From contig JAJBTU010000023.1 of NCBI GenBank assembly GCA_020860715.1, forward strand, positions 38,692-102,691: a stretch of DNA of 64,000 nucleotides, in the 5' to 3' direction. Positions within the stretch are counted from its first letter, which is position 1, and each line of letters begins with the position of its first letter. Origin of the DNA: Clostridiales bacterium (GTDB lineage: Bacteria; Bacillota; Clostridia; Lachnospirales; Lachnospiraceae). The notes under the pieces are model-generated. The model was not told the origin of the DNA and did no database searches. It worked only from the letters and a program-made list of their open reading frames with translations. A program made the translations under genes and the position numbers. Shown here in pieces: positions 8,271 through 20,200 of the stretch.

Positions 8271-9752
8271 ATGAGGAAAGCAATATTGGTCGGCGTCGAA
8301 CTCGACGGCGACTTAAATTTTAACTATCATATGGAAGAATTGAGGGGGCTGGCCGAGGCCTGCGGGATGGAGACGGCCGCGATCGTGACGCAGAAGCTGC
8401 CGCGGACGAACGCGGCGCTTTATGTCGGGTCCGGCAAGGTCGGGGAGATCCGGCTGACGGCCGAGATGGTCGAAGCAGACTGTGTCGTTGTGGACAATTC
8501 CCTGAAGCCATCCCAGCAGCGGAACCTTCAGAAAGAGCTGGATCTGCCTGTGATGGACCGGACTAACCTGATCCTTCAGATATTCGAAAAACGGGCACGC
8601 ACCAAAGAGGCGAAGCTGCAGGTGGAGAGCGCGAACCTCCAGTATATGCTGCCGCGTCTGGTCGGCATGAGAGAGGCACTTTCCAGACAGGGCGGCGGCG
8701 CCGGTGCAGGAGGAGGCTCCGGTGCGGGCGGCGGTCTTGTCAACCGCGGCGCCGGCGAACAGAAGCTGGAACTCGACCGCCGGAAGATCGAAAAACGCAT
8801 CAGTGAGCTGCGCCGGGATCTGGAGGCCATCGAGCAGGATCGTGCGACCCAGCGGCAGCAGCGTGAGAAAAGTGAGATACCCTCTGTGGCTCTCGTCGGC
8901 TACACGAATGCAGGAAAATCTACCTTATTGAATGCGGTGCTGGATTTCTGTTATTCTGCTGATACCGGTGCAGACATTTCCGGGACGGGCAGGAATTTGC
9001 CTGATGCGTTTGCGGAAAAAGACAGAACAAATTCCAGTTCCGTGAAAAACACCCGCCCTGGTCAGGCACGGAAAAGCATAGAGGAGAAGAAAGTGTTTGA
9101 AAAGGACATGCTCTTCGCCACACTGGATACAACCGTGCGCCGCATTTCGCCGGGGGACAACCGTGATTTTCTGCTCTCCGATACGGTCGGTTTCATCGAC
9201 CGGCTGCCGCATACCCTGATCAAAGCGTTTCGCTCCACACTCGCAGAGGCCTGCAGCGCAGACCTGCTATTGCAGGTAGTGGATTATTCCGACCCGCATC
9301 ATCGTGAGCAGATGAAGGTAACCGAGGATACCCTGCGCGAACTGGGTGCGGAAAAGATTCCCTGCATTTATATTATGAACAAAGCCAATCTGGTGATGGA
9401 GGAAATGGAAACGCCCCCTCACCTGTGTTCGGCGGCAGATCGCGCCGGCCATGCAAAAAACGCTGCGCGTTTGGCCAGCGCTAGCGAACTTCCGAAGATT
9501 GTCGGAGATAAGATATTTCTGTCCGCCAAAAAGCGAATCGGTCTGGAAGAACTGCTCAGACTCATTCAGGAAAAGCTGTTCTCGGATTACGTAGACTGTG
9601 AGATGCTCATCCCCTACACAGACGGCGGCGCGGTCGCTTACCTGAAAGAACATGCGGACGTCCATTCTCTGGAATACGGGGCAGACGGCGCACTCCTGAA
9701 ACTCTGCTGCAAAAAGAGCGACGCCGGAAGGTATGGGAAATATGTGGTGTGA
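8271..9752 (+). CDS. hflX: GTPase HflX (493 aa, with lineage-specific insertions)
   Basis: N-terminal HflX domain, G1 motif GYTNAGKSTLLN, then ...LFATLDTT..., DTVGFI and NKAN. Confidence 0.88.
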   Translation: MRKAILVGVELDGDLNFNYHMEELRGLAEACGMETAAIVTQKLPRTNAALYVGSGKVGEIRLTAEMVEADCVVVDNSLKPSQQRNLQKELDLPVMDRTNLILQIFEKRARTKEAKLQVESANLQYMLPRLVGMREALSRQGGGAGAGGGSGAGGGLVNRGAGEQKLELDRRKIEKRISELRRDLEAIEQDRATQRQQREKSEIPSVALVGYTNAGKSTLLNAVLDFCYSADTGADISGTGRNLPDAFAEKDRTNSSSVKNTRPGQARKSIEEKKVFEKDMLFATLDTTVRRISPGDNRDFLLSDTVGFIDRLPHTLIKAFRSTLAEACSADLLLQVVDYSDPHHREQMKVTEDTLRELGAEKIPCIYIMNKANLVMEEMETPPHLCSAADRAGHAKNAARLASASELPKIVGDKIFLSAKKRIGLEELLRLIQEKLFSDYVDCEMLIPYTDGGAVAYLKEHADVHSLEYGADGALLKLCCKKSDAGRYGKYVV

Positions 9753-9902
9753 GGGGGTTTCGCTCGTTACAGTGAGCTGTTCCGTGCAGGCTGTTGCTGT
9801 CTGATTATTCCTGCCCAGCCATTTGCTCATGCAGTCGTATATGTAATTACCAACCACACTTGCTCCGACAGAAACGAGGAATGTGACAGCAAAAGCTACC
9901 AT
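9267..9902 (-). CDS. Paralogue (copy 2) of the small hydrophobic peptide gene. The stop codon is replaced, so the ORF reads on antisense to the hflX 3' end.
   Basis: Internal Met of ORF 9267..9995: MVAFAVTFLVSVGASVVGNYIYDCMSKWLGRNNQ..., with a GGAAGGAG SD upstream of ATG (comp. 9900-9902). Codon 34 is CAG (comp. 9801-9803) where copy 1 has TAG. Only the first ~33 codons are homologous to copy 1. Confidence 0.4.
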   Translation of the reverse strand: MVAFAVTFLVSVGASVVGNYIYDCMSKWLGRNNQTATACTEQLTVTSETPSHHIFPIPSGVALFAAEFQECAVCPVFQRMDVRMFFQVSDRAAVCVGDEHLTVYVIREQLFLNESEQFFQTDSLFGGQKYLISDNLRKFASAGQTRSVFCMAGAICRRTQVRGRFHFLHHQIGFVHNINAGNLFRTQFAQGILGYLHLLTMMRVGIIHYLQ

Positions 9903-10014
9903 ATGATTGCTCCTTCCTGCTGGAATGAGTCGACAGCAATCAGATGGTATCACATATCCATATATAAGCCAATGAAAAACATTAAAAAACAACAAAAAGT
10001 TTGTGAAACACAGA

Positions 10015-10746
10015 CTATACTTGTTTACCGGTTTCCAATAACATACACCCGCAGAAACCGAAATGCGGCTGGTAACTTAGCACACGAAGCATCCGCCCGG
10101 CCTTCTGGCTGGGCAAAATCATATCCTGGCTTTCCCCGTAGACGGCGCTTCGCAAAAACATCTCCGGCCACGCCGGATCCGCCAGCGGGAACGCGGAGGC
10201 AAATGCCGTCCCGATCAGCTGATGCAGCGGTCTGCGAAGCAGAGCGGCAAAAGCCTCGTTTGCGTAGCGAAACATATTGGTCTGTGAATTGTCGATAGGG
10301 TCAAGAATATTTTCTATAATGCAGAATGGAAATGGGAAATGGTCAAAACAGCGGAACTCCTCCTGAATATCCTGTTTCCATGCAGCTGAATCCTGGTTCC
10401 CGGCCAGCCTCGTCAGATGCTCCTGCACCGCCGTGAGAATCTGCGGCTTCTGCCTTCTGCTGTAGGGCAGGTGGACTCCATTGGTCAGAATCACGCAGGA
10501 CTCATCCAGATTCTGAAAAAACCGAAGCGAAACAAGGCAGCTGCGGCTGATCTGGAGGAACAGACGGGGGGGCAGCATTGCTTTCAGAGAGGCAATTGTC
10601 AGAAAAAGCTGCAGCGGCGCGGCGTCTTTCCGCGTGATCGTGCACAGCTTGTCCGTCACTTCCGCGTAGATAATGCTGTCTACCGGAATCACGCGTTCCT
10701 TTCGGTTGATCATAAGCCGTATGGTCTTTCCATCCGTATCAGGCAT
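10015..10746 (-). CDS. LytTR-domain DNA-binding regulator with a C-terminal PAS-like sensor region (no receiver domain)
   Basis: The N-terminus IRLMINRKERVIPVDSIIYAEVTDKLCTITRKDAAPLQLFLTIASLKAMLPPRLFLQISRSCLVSLRFF matches the LytTR pattern. The C-terminal ~120 aa (FPFPFCIIENILD...FRYANEAFAALL...) are PAS-like by eye. Confidence 0.65.
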   Translation of the reverse strand: MPDTDGKTIRLMINRKERVIPVDSIIYAEVTDKLCTITRKDAAPLQLFLTIASLKAMLPPRLFLQISRSCLVSLRFFQNLDESCVILTNGVHLPYSRRQKPQILTAVQEHLTRLAGNQDSAAWKQDIQEEFRCFDHFPFPFCIIENILDPIDNSQTNMFRYANEAFAALLRRPLHQLIGTAFASAFPLADPAWPEMFLRSAVYGESQDMILPSQKAGRMLRVLSYQPHFGFCGCMLLETGKQV

Positions 10747-11078
10747 GACTGTATCCTCATTCTTTGAAAAAATTTAAAAGCTAAGATGACATCCGCAGAG
10801 CCCTTTACACGCTGCACTTCCGCAGCTGCGCCCCATTACGATCGGTGCCGGACGAATGTTCAGGGACCATCCGGTATGCCTGTATCATCATATCACGGAA
10901 TTTCGCGAAAGCCAACAGCAATCTGAAAATAATCATGCAAAACACCAAAACACAGATAATAAGAGCCTTGAAATTAGACGAAAACGACAAAAACAGAGGA
11001 ACAGAAATTTCGTGAATGACAAATACTTTTCGTAAATAAAAGAAATTATACGAAACTAAACCGTTCGCGGAATAGACG

Positions 11079-11107
11079 TTGAGACAAAATCTGTCACGCT
11101 GTATAAT
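11079..11107 (+). promoter_or_regulatory. Sigma-A-type promoter of the giant adhesin gene
   Basis: TTGAGA (11079-11084), 17-nt spacer, TATAAT (11102-11107). This leaves a ~145-nt leader before ATG 11258. Confidence 0.6.
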
Positions 11108-11257
11108 AATTCCCATAGAGATCCGGAATTATTGCCATTTATGACGAAAAATCCGGAGAGAAGAAAGAGAAGAACAAGAGATAACAGATTACCGATGCGG
11201 GATGTACCTGCATCGGTCATTGCTCATTCTTGTAACTTTGCGGGAGAGGAACGCAGC

Positions 11258-14200
11258 ATGAGGAAGATAGGAAAAAATCATTTCCTGAGACGGTGCATCG
11301 CAATGCTTCTGGTGGTTTCCCTGATGGGAAGCCAGCTTATCATGCCGTCAAACATCTCCCTGGCGGCGGACGACTCACAGGATCTGATCGTGCAGGAGGA
11401 AGAGACTGCGTCCGGCACCGGCTCCGAAATGGATACTTCCGCCGCGTCAGACACATCAGAGGATCTCTCGTCCGGCGGTTCAGGCACATCGGATACCGGG
11501 ACATCCGCATCCACATCATCCGGAACGGACGGATCCATTTTATCCATAGAAAGTATTGAAGAAGTCACCAATGCGTCCTCTTCTGGTGAATCAGAATTAT
11601 CTGCTGACCAGACGGAGGCGGAGATCGGGTCTGCGAATGAAAGTGAATCCGCAGCCGAGCCGGAGGCATCCGCCCTGTCTGTCGCCGCAGTCCTGTCTGC
11701 GTCCGCGGTTTCCAACACAGAAAATGAATATCAGGTCAGCGCGGTCTTTACGGTCAGCGGCTCCGGAAAAGAAACGGTGCGGCTGGCGCTTTGCATGGAT
11801 GAGATCACCTATGCCATCCTGCTTGACAGCTGCGCGGCCGAACCGGAGACCGCCGCGACCGATACCTGCGTGATCACGCTGACCGACGGCACATTCCTGA
11901 CCACAGAAAAGACCGTGCTGACTGACGGCAGCATCCTCTTAAGATTTGCTTATGATGCGGATGATACGGGAACCGGCAGCAATGCAGATACCGGCACGAT
12001 GACACTGGAGTTTGTGCTGACGGCAGACGCGGATACGCTGGAAAAAGATGTTCTGGGTACACTCATGGCCGAATGGAGCAGCGACAGTGACACAGATGCT
12101 TCCGACGCGGCGTGGAGTACGCTCGATACAGTCAGCGTAAACTGGGCAGCTGTGGAAGAGGAATGCGAGACGGAGAGCGAAAGCGAATCCGCTGCAGAAG
12201 AAATTGAAAAAGAAACGGAATCCGAGACGGAGGAATCCGAGACGGAAAGCGAAGCAGAGACAGAGGCCGAGACGGAATGCGAAAGCGAAACGGAGACGGA
12301 ATGTGAAACAGAAACAACCGGATCCGCAATAGATGAAGATGAAAAAGAAACGGAATCAGAGACGGAGAACGAAGCTGAGACAGAAACAGAAGACAGCTAT
12401 GCTTCAAGTTCTTCTGCAAATATTAGCGGGACTGCAAAGACACGGACGATATCCGTGGCGTCCGCGCTGCTCATGACAGCGGATCTGGATGAGGATGATG
12501 ATTATGTAGATCTGACAGACTATATAACAGCTGCATCCTTTAGTTCTTCCGCCATTGATGCCGGAACGGTATTAAAGGTAACGCTTGAGTATCAGATTTA
12601 TACACAGATATTGACGGCGGCGGGAACAAATGTGCTGACCTATCAGCTTCCGGATGGTATTACGCCGAACAGGGCATATTCCGGTACCGTTTATGATGAC
12701 AGCGGTTCCGCTGTCGGTACTTATGAGATAGCAAAAGACGGCAAGATAACGATCACGTTGGATGAAACCTTTGTCAGCAGTGGAAGTACGATTAACGGAG
12801 ATATTTCTTTCTGGTCGACGCTCAGCGCGCCTGCCGGAAGTGAAGATACGACATACGAATATACCTTTTCTGAAAATAATCAGGTGACAGCCACGATAAC
12901 GATCAATAAAGAATCGGAGACGGATGAGTCAGAGACCACCGCAAAGACGGATCTGTATGTGGATAAGGAAAACGAGTATGTTGTTAACAGGGCAAAAGAC
13001 ACCATTACAGCAACTTATACAGTGGTCATCGGCTCCACCTATGGAACCGGCGAATATCCAATCACGTTATTTACGGACACTCCCACTGTAACCAGTGGGG
13101 TTTCTGTGGCTGTTGGTGATACATCAACACTTACAAAGACAACAGACAGCGGAACGGACACTCTGATTTTTTCCAATTATTTTACAGTAAATGATGATGG
13201 CTCGATTTCACTTAACTCGGGTTCGAGCCTTCCCGCGTTGGGAGCAGGAGAGTATTATACCCTGAGTTACACGGTTACCTATACGGGTCTTGACCAGATT
13301 AACGGAACGATAGAATTAATGAATTATGCTTATGCCAGGACAGAAAAAAACACTGGATCGGATACGAACACGATCCGCATGAACCACAGTTACCTGACCA
13401 AAACAAGCTACTATGACTCAACGGAGGATGTTATCAAATGGGAAATTACGATAAATGATTTTGGCGGAGATCTGGATGGATATACGCTTAAAGATATTTT
13501 GTTGAAAAGCGGCGACGATACAAATCTTGCTGCAGATGGCACTGTCACTGTGACAGAATACAAGAGTGACGGCTCAACCAACGTCTTTGAGATTGAACTT
13601 GATTCAGACGGTTCTTTTACGTTTAATAATGACAACACTGACGGGTATGACACTACCAGCAAATTTGTTATTTCGTATACTACAGATGTTTCGGGGGATG
13701 GCTTTTACAGTTCATATACCAATAAGGCTGCGTTATCTGATGACAACGGGCATTCCTTTGAAGTAGAAAAGGGTCAGAATGTTACGCATGATACCGATAC
13801 ACTTACGAAAATCCATGTAACAGAAAATGGGACCGCAACCGCAGGAGAGACGGAAACCGAAAATGACGATCTCAAAACCTATCAATGGGAAGTGACGGTC
13901 GTCGCGCCGACAGACGGAATCAAAAAGGACGCGGTATATACAGACACCATTACTTCCTCGGTCTATGGCAGTACCATCCACTATATTACATCGTCTCAGC
14001 TGAAAGAACTGAAAGCGGTCGGCATTGGCGATTATAATATGGAAACAGACCTGTTATTGGATACAGATTATAAGATCCAGATAAGCGACGGTTCAGGGTG
14101 GAAAGATTGCGATTCAACAGAATACGCAGAGAACGACACATTCACCTCTTTCCGGATCGTAATACTACAGGATCTGTCTTATGGCAGTATTCAATTGTCT

Positions 14201-17200
14201 TATTACACGACCGGTGATCTTTCCTCTATGGTGAACGGCGATGTTGTGACTTTTACGAACAGCGGTACCTTTGAACAGGATGGGGGCAAAACGTCTTCTT
14301 CCGATTCCACAAAAGAGACAAAGGGCGGTTATCTGATCAAAACAGACAAAGGCGGAAGCGTAACTGGAACTTACGTTTATGACGAGTGCAAGGGGATCCT
14401 TTATTATTGCCTGATGATCAATACGAACAGCACTCTGGGCGCGGAAGGAGACATTGTCATTACGGATGTGCTTCCGGAGGGAACGACTCTCTATACGGAA
14501 GAATATGAGATTATAAATGCATTAGGCAATGCAAGTATAAATGGGACTTCTGTGAATGATACGGAAAGCCATGTAAAAATTTATTATGGGCTGGGTACAA
14601 GTAATATCTGGCAATTACAGAACCGTTATGATGGCACGGAATATGGTTATGAAAACAGTTATGTAGGTGGCTATGATGCGAACAGCGATGTTACGGTTAC
14701 CTGTGAGGATAATGTGCTGACGATTACTATACCGCAGAAGGTGTATTATGGAAGTTTCGTAAGCGGCAGCTATTCTTCCCTGCCAATCAGCATTTACTAT
14801 GCGGTTCAGATCAACGATGTGCTTGGCAGGGAGCAATCAAAAGAATATACAAACAATGCAAAAATGCAGATTGGGAAAGACTCTTATACGGACAGTGTCA
14901 CAGATACTGTTACTGCTTCCTATGTAAGCAAATCAATTGATTCGGATGCGGAGACCGGAGATCGTGAAAAAGCATATCGGGTCCTGATCAATCCCACGGC
15001 GGAAACGCTGAACGATGGGGAGACTTTGCTCCTCACAGATACGGTGGATTATGGAACATATATTCAGTCGGTTACATTGAAACCGGGAACGTTCCATTTG
15101 TATCATATGAACTCGGATGGAAGCGAGGGAAGCGAAGTGAGCACCTCGCTGTACACGGTGACCTATGGAGAAGTGACAAATACCGGTGGCACCAGCTTTG
15201 AAATGAACATTACCGTAAAGGATGGCACAGCTTATATACTTGAATATGTGTATGATTTTACGATTGATGAGAATGCGTTCATTCAGGCAAATCAGGGCGA
15301 GAGCGGGGAATTGAAGATTACAAACACGATTACGCTGACCGGCTCTCATATTGGTAGTGAAGACAGTAAAACAGAAGATGCGGAATATATCGAGGCGAGC
15401 AGTTCCAGCGCAAATATAGACAAGATTACGTTTGTAAAGGTCGACGCGGACAATCAGATTGTCTATCTTTCAGGTGCTGTCTTTGTGCTGCAGATGTTTG
15501 ATGCCGTCGCATATGCTGCTGAAGCTGATCCAAAAGAGTATTCAGATGATGCTTATTGGACAACTGTTAAGAGGTATGTTACGGGCCAGGATGGTACCGG
15601 AGCAATTCTTCTGAGCGGCCTGACTTCTGGAAATGCATATCGCCTCATTGAGACGGAGGCTCCGACAAATTATACGGTCAGCAGCGATGCGTATTATTAT
15701 TTCTGTTATAATACACAAACCATTCCTTCTGGATGGCCTGCTGACCTTCAGGCAGCAGTGAATTCTCTTACAGGCGGGGTAACGATTTCGTTTACGAACA
15801 AGTCCTCTGGAGAGGATAATACTTCTATCGGTGTGCAGAAATACTGGTATGATGCGGACGGGAATCTTCTGACTGGAGATGAAATCACCGACAGAAATGG
15901 AAATGTGATAAGCAGCATTCAGGTATCCTTATATCAGACCACCGACAGAAGCGATATCACGAATGGGACTCTTTATCAAACAGAATCTATCACACCGGAT
16001 GATGACGGAAACTGGTACTATGAATTTAGTAATCTGCCAAAGACAGACAAGGGTGGAGGAAAGCTGTACTATTATGTTGAAGAAACCGGCGTTTATACGA
16101 TGGACAGCGGTGCTGCGTCTTCAAGCCTGACGGAGCTGTTAAGAAGCTATGTTATAGAAGACAACCAGACAAGAGCCAACAGTTCCGGAACGGTTACTCT
16201 GACAAACACGAAAAAGCCGACCACCTCTGTCACGATTGACAAAGAATGGCTGAGTGCAAAGGGCGCTTCGCTGTCTGGAACAGATATCACAGATCAGGAC
16301 GGAGCTGTCATTACCGGTATTGAAGTGGTTCTCTATCAATTGGAAAACACCACTGAAATTCCGACAGATGTAACTGCATTGAACGAATATGCCAGAGTAA
16401 CCGTTACGGCCGATGCGAATGGGGGCTGGTCATACACATTCTCAGAATTGCCGATTGACAATGGATATGACGCTGCAGACGGAAACTATGTTAAATATTA
16501 TTACTTTGCTGCAGAGACAGGCAATTATTATACTTCTGAGAGCGGGGAGACTCCTGAAACCGGATTAACAGGTACGGATGACTCGAACAGTTATACCTGT
16601 GCAGTCAGCAATACAACCGCGCTGAATGATGGCAGCGCAGGAAGTACGATAACGATCACCAATACAAAGAATCCGGGCAAGACATTCGTGAAAGTAACAA
16701 AGGCATGGGAAGGGGAATCCGAAGGAAGCATTGATGTAACTCTGTATCGCTCAAAGACCGCGCCGGAAACAGAGGCGGCGAGTACAAATACAAAGACGGT
16801 GTCCTGCGAGGTAACGATAAAGTCTACAGGAGATTCCTATGCAACTATCAGTACAGAAGATCTCTGCGTGGATAACGATGGCAGTACAGTTAAAATTACA
16901 ATACAACTTAAAGAAGACTCTCAGTGGTTTACTTTACAATCGGAAGCAAGTTATAGTGTGGGCGGATCAGAAGCAGCTACGGTGAGTGTTACTGATATTG
17001 GAAACTACACATATGAAATTGTTCTTTCGGATGTAAATGATGATATAACTGTAACAGTTGGCACCACTGCAGGTTATATTTATTATGGCTATTTTGATAT
17101 CTCCGCAGCAGTTGTATCTGCAATAACGCAGCAGCAGGTCACCGGAATGCTGGAGCTTCCGGACGATGTGACAGAATATCAAACAGAGACGGTTACGTTG

Positions 17201-20200
17201 ACTTCTTCTGATAGCTGGACATATACCTGGTCGAATCTTCCGGACGACTATTATTATTATGTGGTCGAGGGTACCGGTACAGATGGTTATATCAGCGGTT
17301 ATTACGCTGCCTATGAGTATGTTTATAATACAGCCGGAGATGCTTCGAGCGGCATCAAAGAGGTAACGATCACGAACACAGCGGAGACTGATTCCGGTAC
17401 GACCGATGTTACGGTAGAGAAAAACTGGAAGTATAGTGACGGGACGGCAGTAAATGATACAAGTGCTATGCCATCTGTGACACTGACACTGTGGCGCTCC
17501 ACGACAAAGACGGATGATGGTTCCCTGCCAAATGAGACAGAGAAGGTTACCGTGGACAATGACGGTGCTGCCATTACCAACCCTGTTACGCTTTCGGACA
17601 GCACATGGACAAAGACATGGTCTAATCTTTCTAAAAAAGATAGCAGTTCTAATACGTATTATTATTACGTGACAGAAAACACAGGCGACTATACGACAGA
17701 GATTACAGGCAACGGAACGACTGGCATAACTGTGACGAATACGATCACGTCGATTAGTGTTTCCAAAGTATGGGCAGGTGCGGATGGTACGGAACTGTCA
17801 TCGACTGATATCGCAGATAAGAGCGTCAGTGTGCAGCTTTGGAAAAAGGATGAGTCAGGCTCTTCTGATACGCAGGTTGCTGCGATTCAGCTGGCAAATG
17901 GCAAAACGGACAGCGGATATTCAAATGACGGCTGGACTTATACCTGGAGTGCGCTGGCACCCGGCACGTATTATGTGATCGAGACTTTGATCAATGAAAA
18001 ATCATCGGACACAGGGTATGTGACGGCTTACACATCAGCGACTACTTCTGCGGATGGCACGTTGGATACATCCAAAGCGGCGAACGCAGCAGTTGCCATT
18101 GGAACAATTACGATTACCAATACAAAAGAATCCACGGGGATTTCTGTCGAAAAACAGTGGAGTGACAGTAAGACGGCGCATGATCCGGTGACCATTTATC
18201 TCTATCGGTCTACGACAAAACCGACCACGGCTGGCGGTGAGACAGAGGAAACACAGGCTCCGACGACTACCACCACAACTATGTCAGGTACGATCTCTGT
18301 TGCGAACTGGTTTTACAGTGATGGCACAACAAGTGCGGCAAAAGATTATACGGGATGCGTTTCTGCAGATGACAGCATTACGGTTATTCTGACGAATACT
18401 TCATCTGGTGGGACAAAATCAGTGACATTAAATTCTGATAATGGATGGTCCGCGGACTATAGCGTGAATGGCTCTGTAGATGGGACTACACAATCTTATA
18501 CTGTGACATGCGAAAAATCCGGAAGTAATATTGCCAGTGCAGAAGTGTCGCCGTCAACGCTGACTGGTACAACGGGTGATTCTGAGCAGAACGTCAGTGT
18601 GTCGGCTACGTTGAAGGAAGATGCTCCGTCCGGTGGTGGAACGACAGAAGGTATTACGATAAAAATAACGTCCTGGAAGGATTCTACTTCTGGCGAGGCT
18701 GCATCTCCGCTTACAAATGAATATAAATCCTATTATATAAGTTTATATGATATTTCTAATAATTGGAATTATAGTTCGGTCGTATTAACATACGCATCGG
18801 GATGGAGTGGTACGCTTTCAAGTTATGAAGAAGGACACCAATATGTAATTAATGTCGGTTCATTTTCTAATGATGGATTGGAAGTGATATCTGGAACAAC
18901 GACATATGATAGTAGAAATCAATTGATAACAATTACTGATAATAGTGCTCTTGTACAACTTGCTGCATCTTACGATGCCACCGCCTCAGCATCCCTTACT
19001 TCCGTATCGGAGACGCTGACCGCCAGCCTTACTCCGATTGTAAGCACTATGACCACCGCTTCAGGAACGGGAGTTGCTTCTTCTACCTTGCGTTACGTGT
19101 CAGAAAATGATACAGCATATGCTTCCATCGTATTGGGCGCGAGTGAGAAAGTCGATGGGGTAAGCACAACATCGTGGTCATATGACTGGTCGAATCTTCC
19201 GAAATATGATGACGAGGGTAACCTGTACTACTACTATATTGTAGAAGAAAGTGTTAGCGGATATACAGCAGAGTATACTTACACGGAAGATGCGAACGAT
19301 GGAACAATTAGCTCGGTGACTGTGGTGAATACGAGTACCTCAACTGAACCGGAAACGATGGAAGTAACCGTGGATAAAAAGTGGGTGTATAGTGATGCCA
19401 CTTCTACGGAAATTACGGATTCAGGCCTGCTTCCGGCGAGTGTTACGTTTGAACTGTTTTATTCGACTACGGCGCCGGGTGGGTTGAGTAATGGAGAATA
19501 TCCGGATGACCTTAATGCATATTATGCGAGCGGCTCGGATACGCCTGCGACGATCACGCTGACGGCGGATGATAGGAATGACTGGACCTATACCTGGAGC
19601 AATTTGCCGAAATATGTGCCTGACTCAAATGGTAAAGATACAGATACACCCTATTATTACTATATAAAAGAAACGGCTGTTGGCGGTGAGACAATTGATG
19701 TGACGACTCCAACATATTCCATCAATGGGCTTTCCGATACAGGTACGATCACCGTTACAAATGCGGTTGACACAACATCTGTAAAGGCCGTGAAAAAATG
19801 GGAAAATGCGGGCGGCTCTGCACTGTCGCAGATTCCGTCAGACTATTCGGTGACCCTGCAGCTTATGAGGGTTCTTGAGACAGAAAGTGATGGCTCTATC
19901 ATTTTGGAAACGGAATATGGAGAAGCGGTAACCCTGTCTGGAGACAGTCAGAATGCTGTAGATGGTTACATTACTTATAAGGAGGATGATTGGACTCATA
20001 CATGGACGCATCTCCCGTCCGGCACATATTACGTAAAAGAAGTCAGCACGACTGCGGTCGGATATACTGATGGCTACCGAAATGCGAATATGACCGATAC
20101 GGAGACCGATAAGGAAAATGCATCGGATGCGACGATCACGGTAACAGCCGGAACAGACTATTCGGACGGCTTGAATACGATTACAGTCATTAATAAAAAG

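Noticed and set aside
10805-11116. 103-aa minus-strand ORF in the spacer upstream of the giant adhesin
   Set aside because: It lies in the AT-rich promoter region and overlaps the consensus adhesin promoter. The sequence is Phe/Ile/Leu-rich as expected from AT-rich DNA, and there is no SD.
11132-11257. In-frame 42-codon upstream extension of the adhesin ORF (MPFMTKNPERRKRR...)
   Set aside because: It has no SD. The extension would bury the signal peptide, which begins at MRKIGKNHF (ATG 11258) and has a good SD. The same reasoning applies to the 21925..22032 extension in front of pilin 1 and the 32313..32666 extension in front of the amidase.
11108-11257. Possible c-di-GMP or other riboswitch in the adhesin leader (also the pilin leader 21731-22032)
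   Set aside because: Such riboswitches are common upstream of Clostridial adhesins. However, I could not align the GEMM-I or GEMM-II conserved cores or any other Rfam consensus by eye. It is left as a generic structured leader pending an Infernal scan.
14380-14440. Possible thioester (Cys-Gln) adhesin domain in the giant protein, suggested by GILYYCLMINTN
   Set aside because: This is only a short YC(L) resemblance. I could not find the partner TQxA(I/V)W-type Gln motif, so no thioester-domain call is made.
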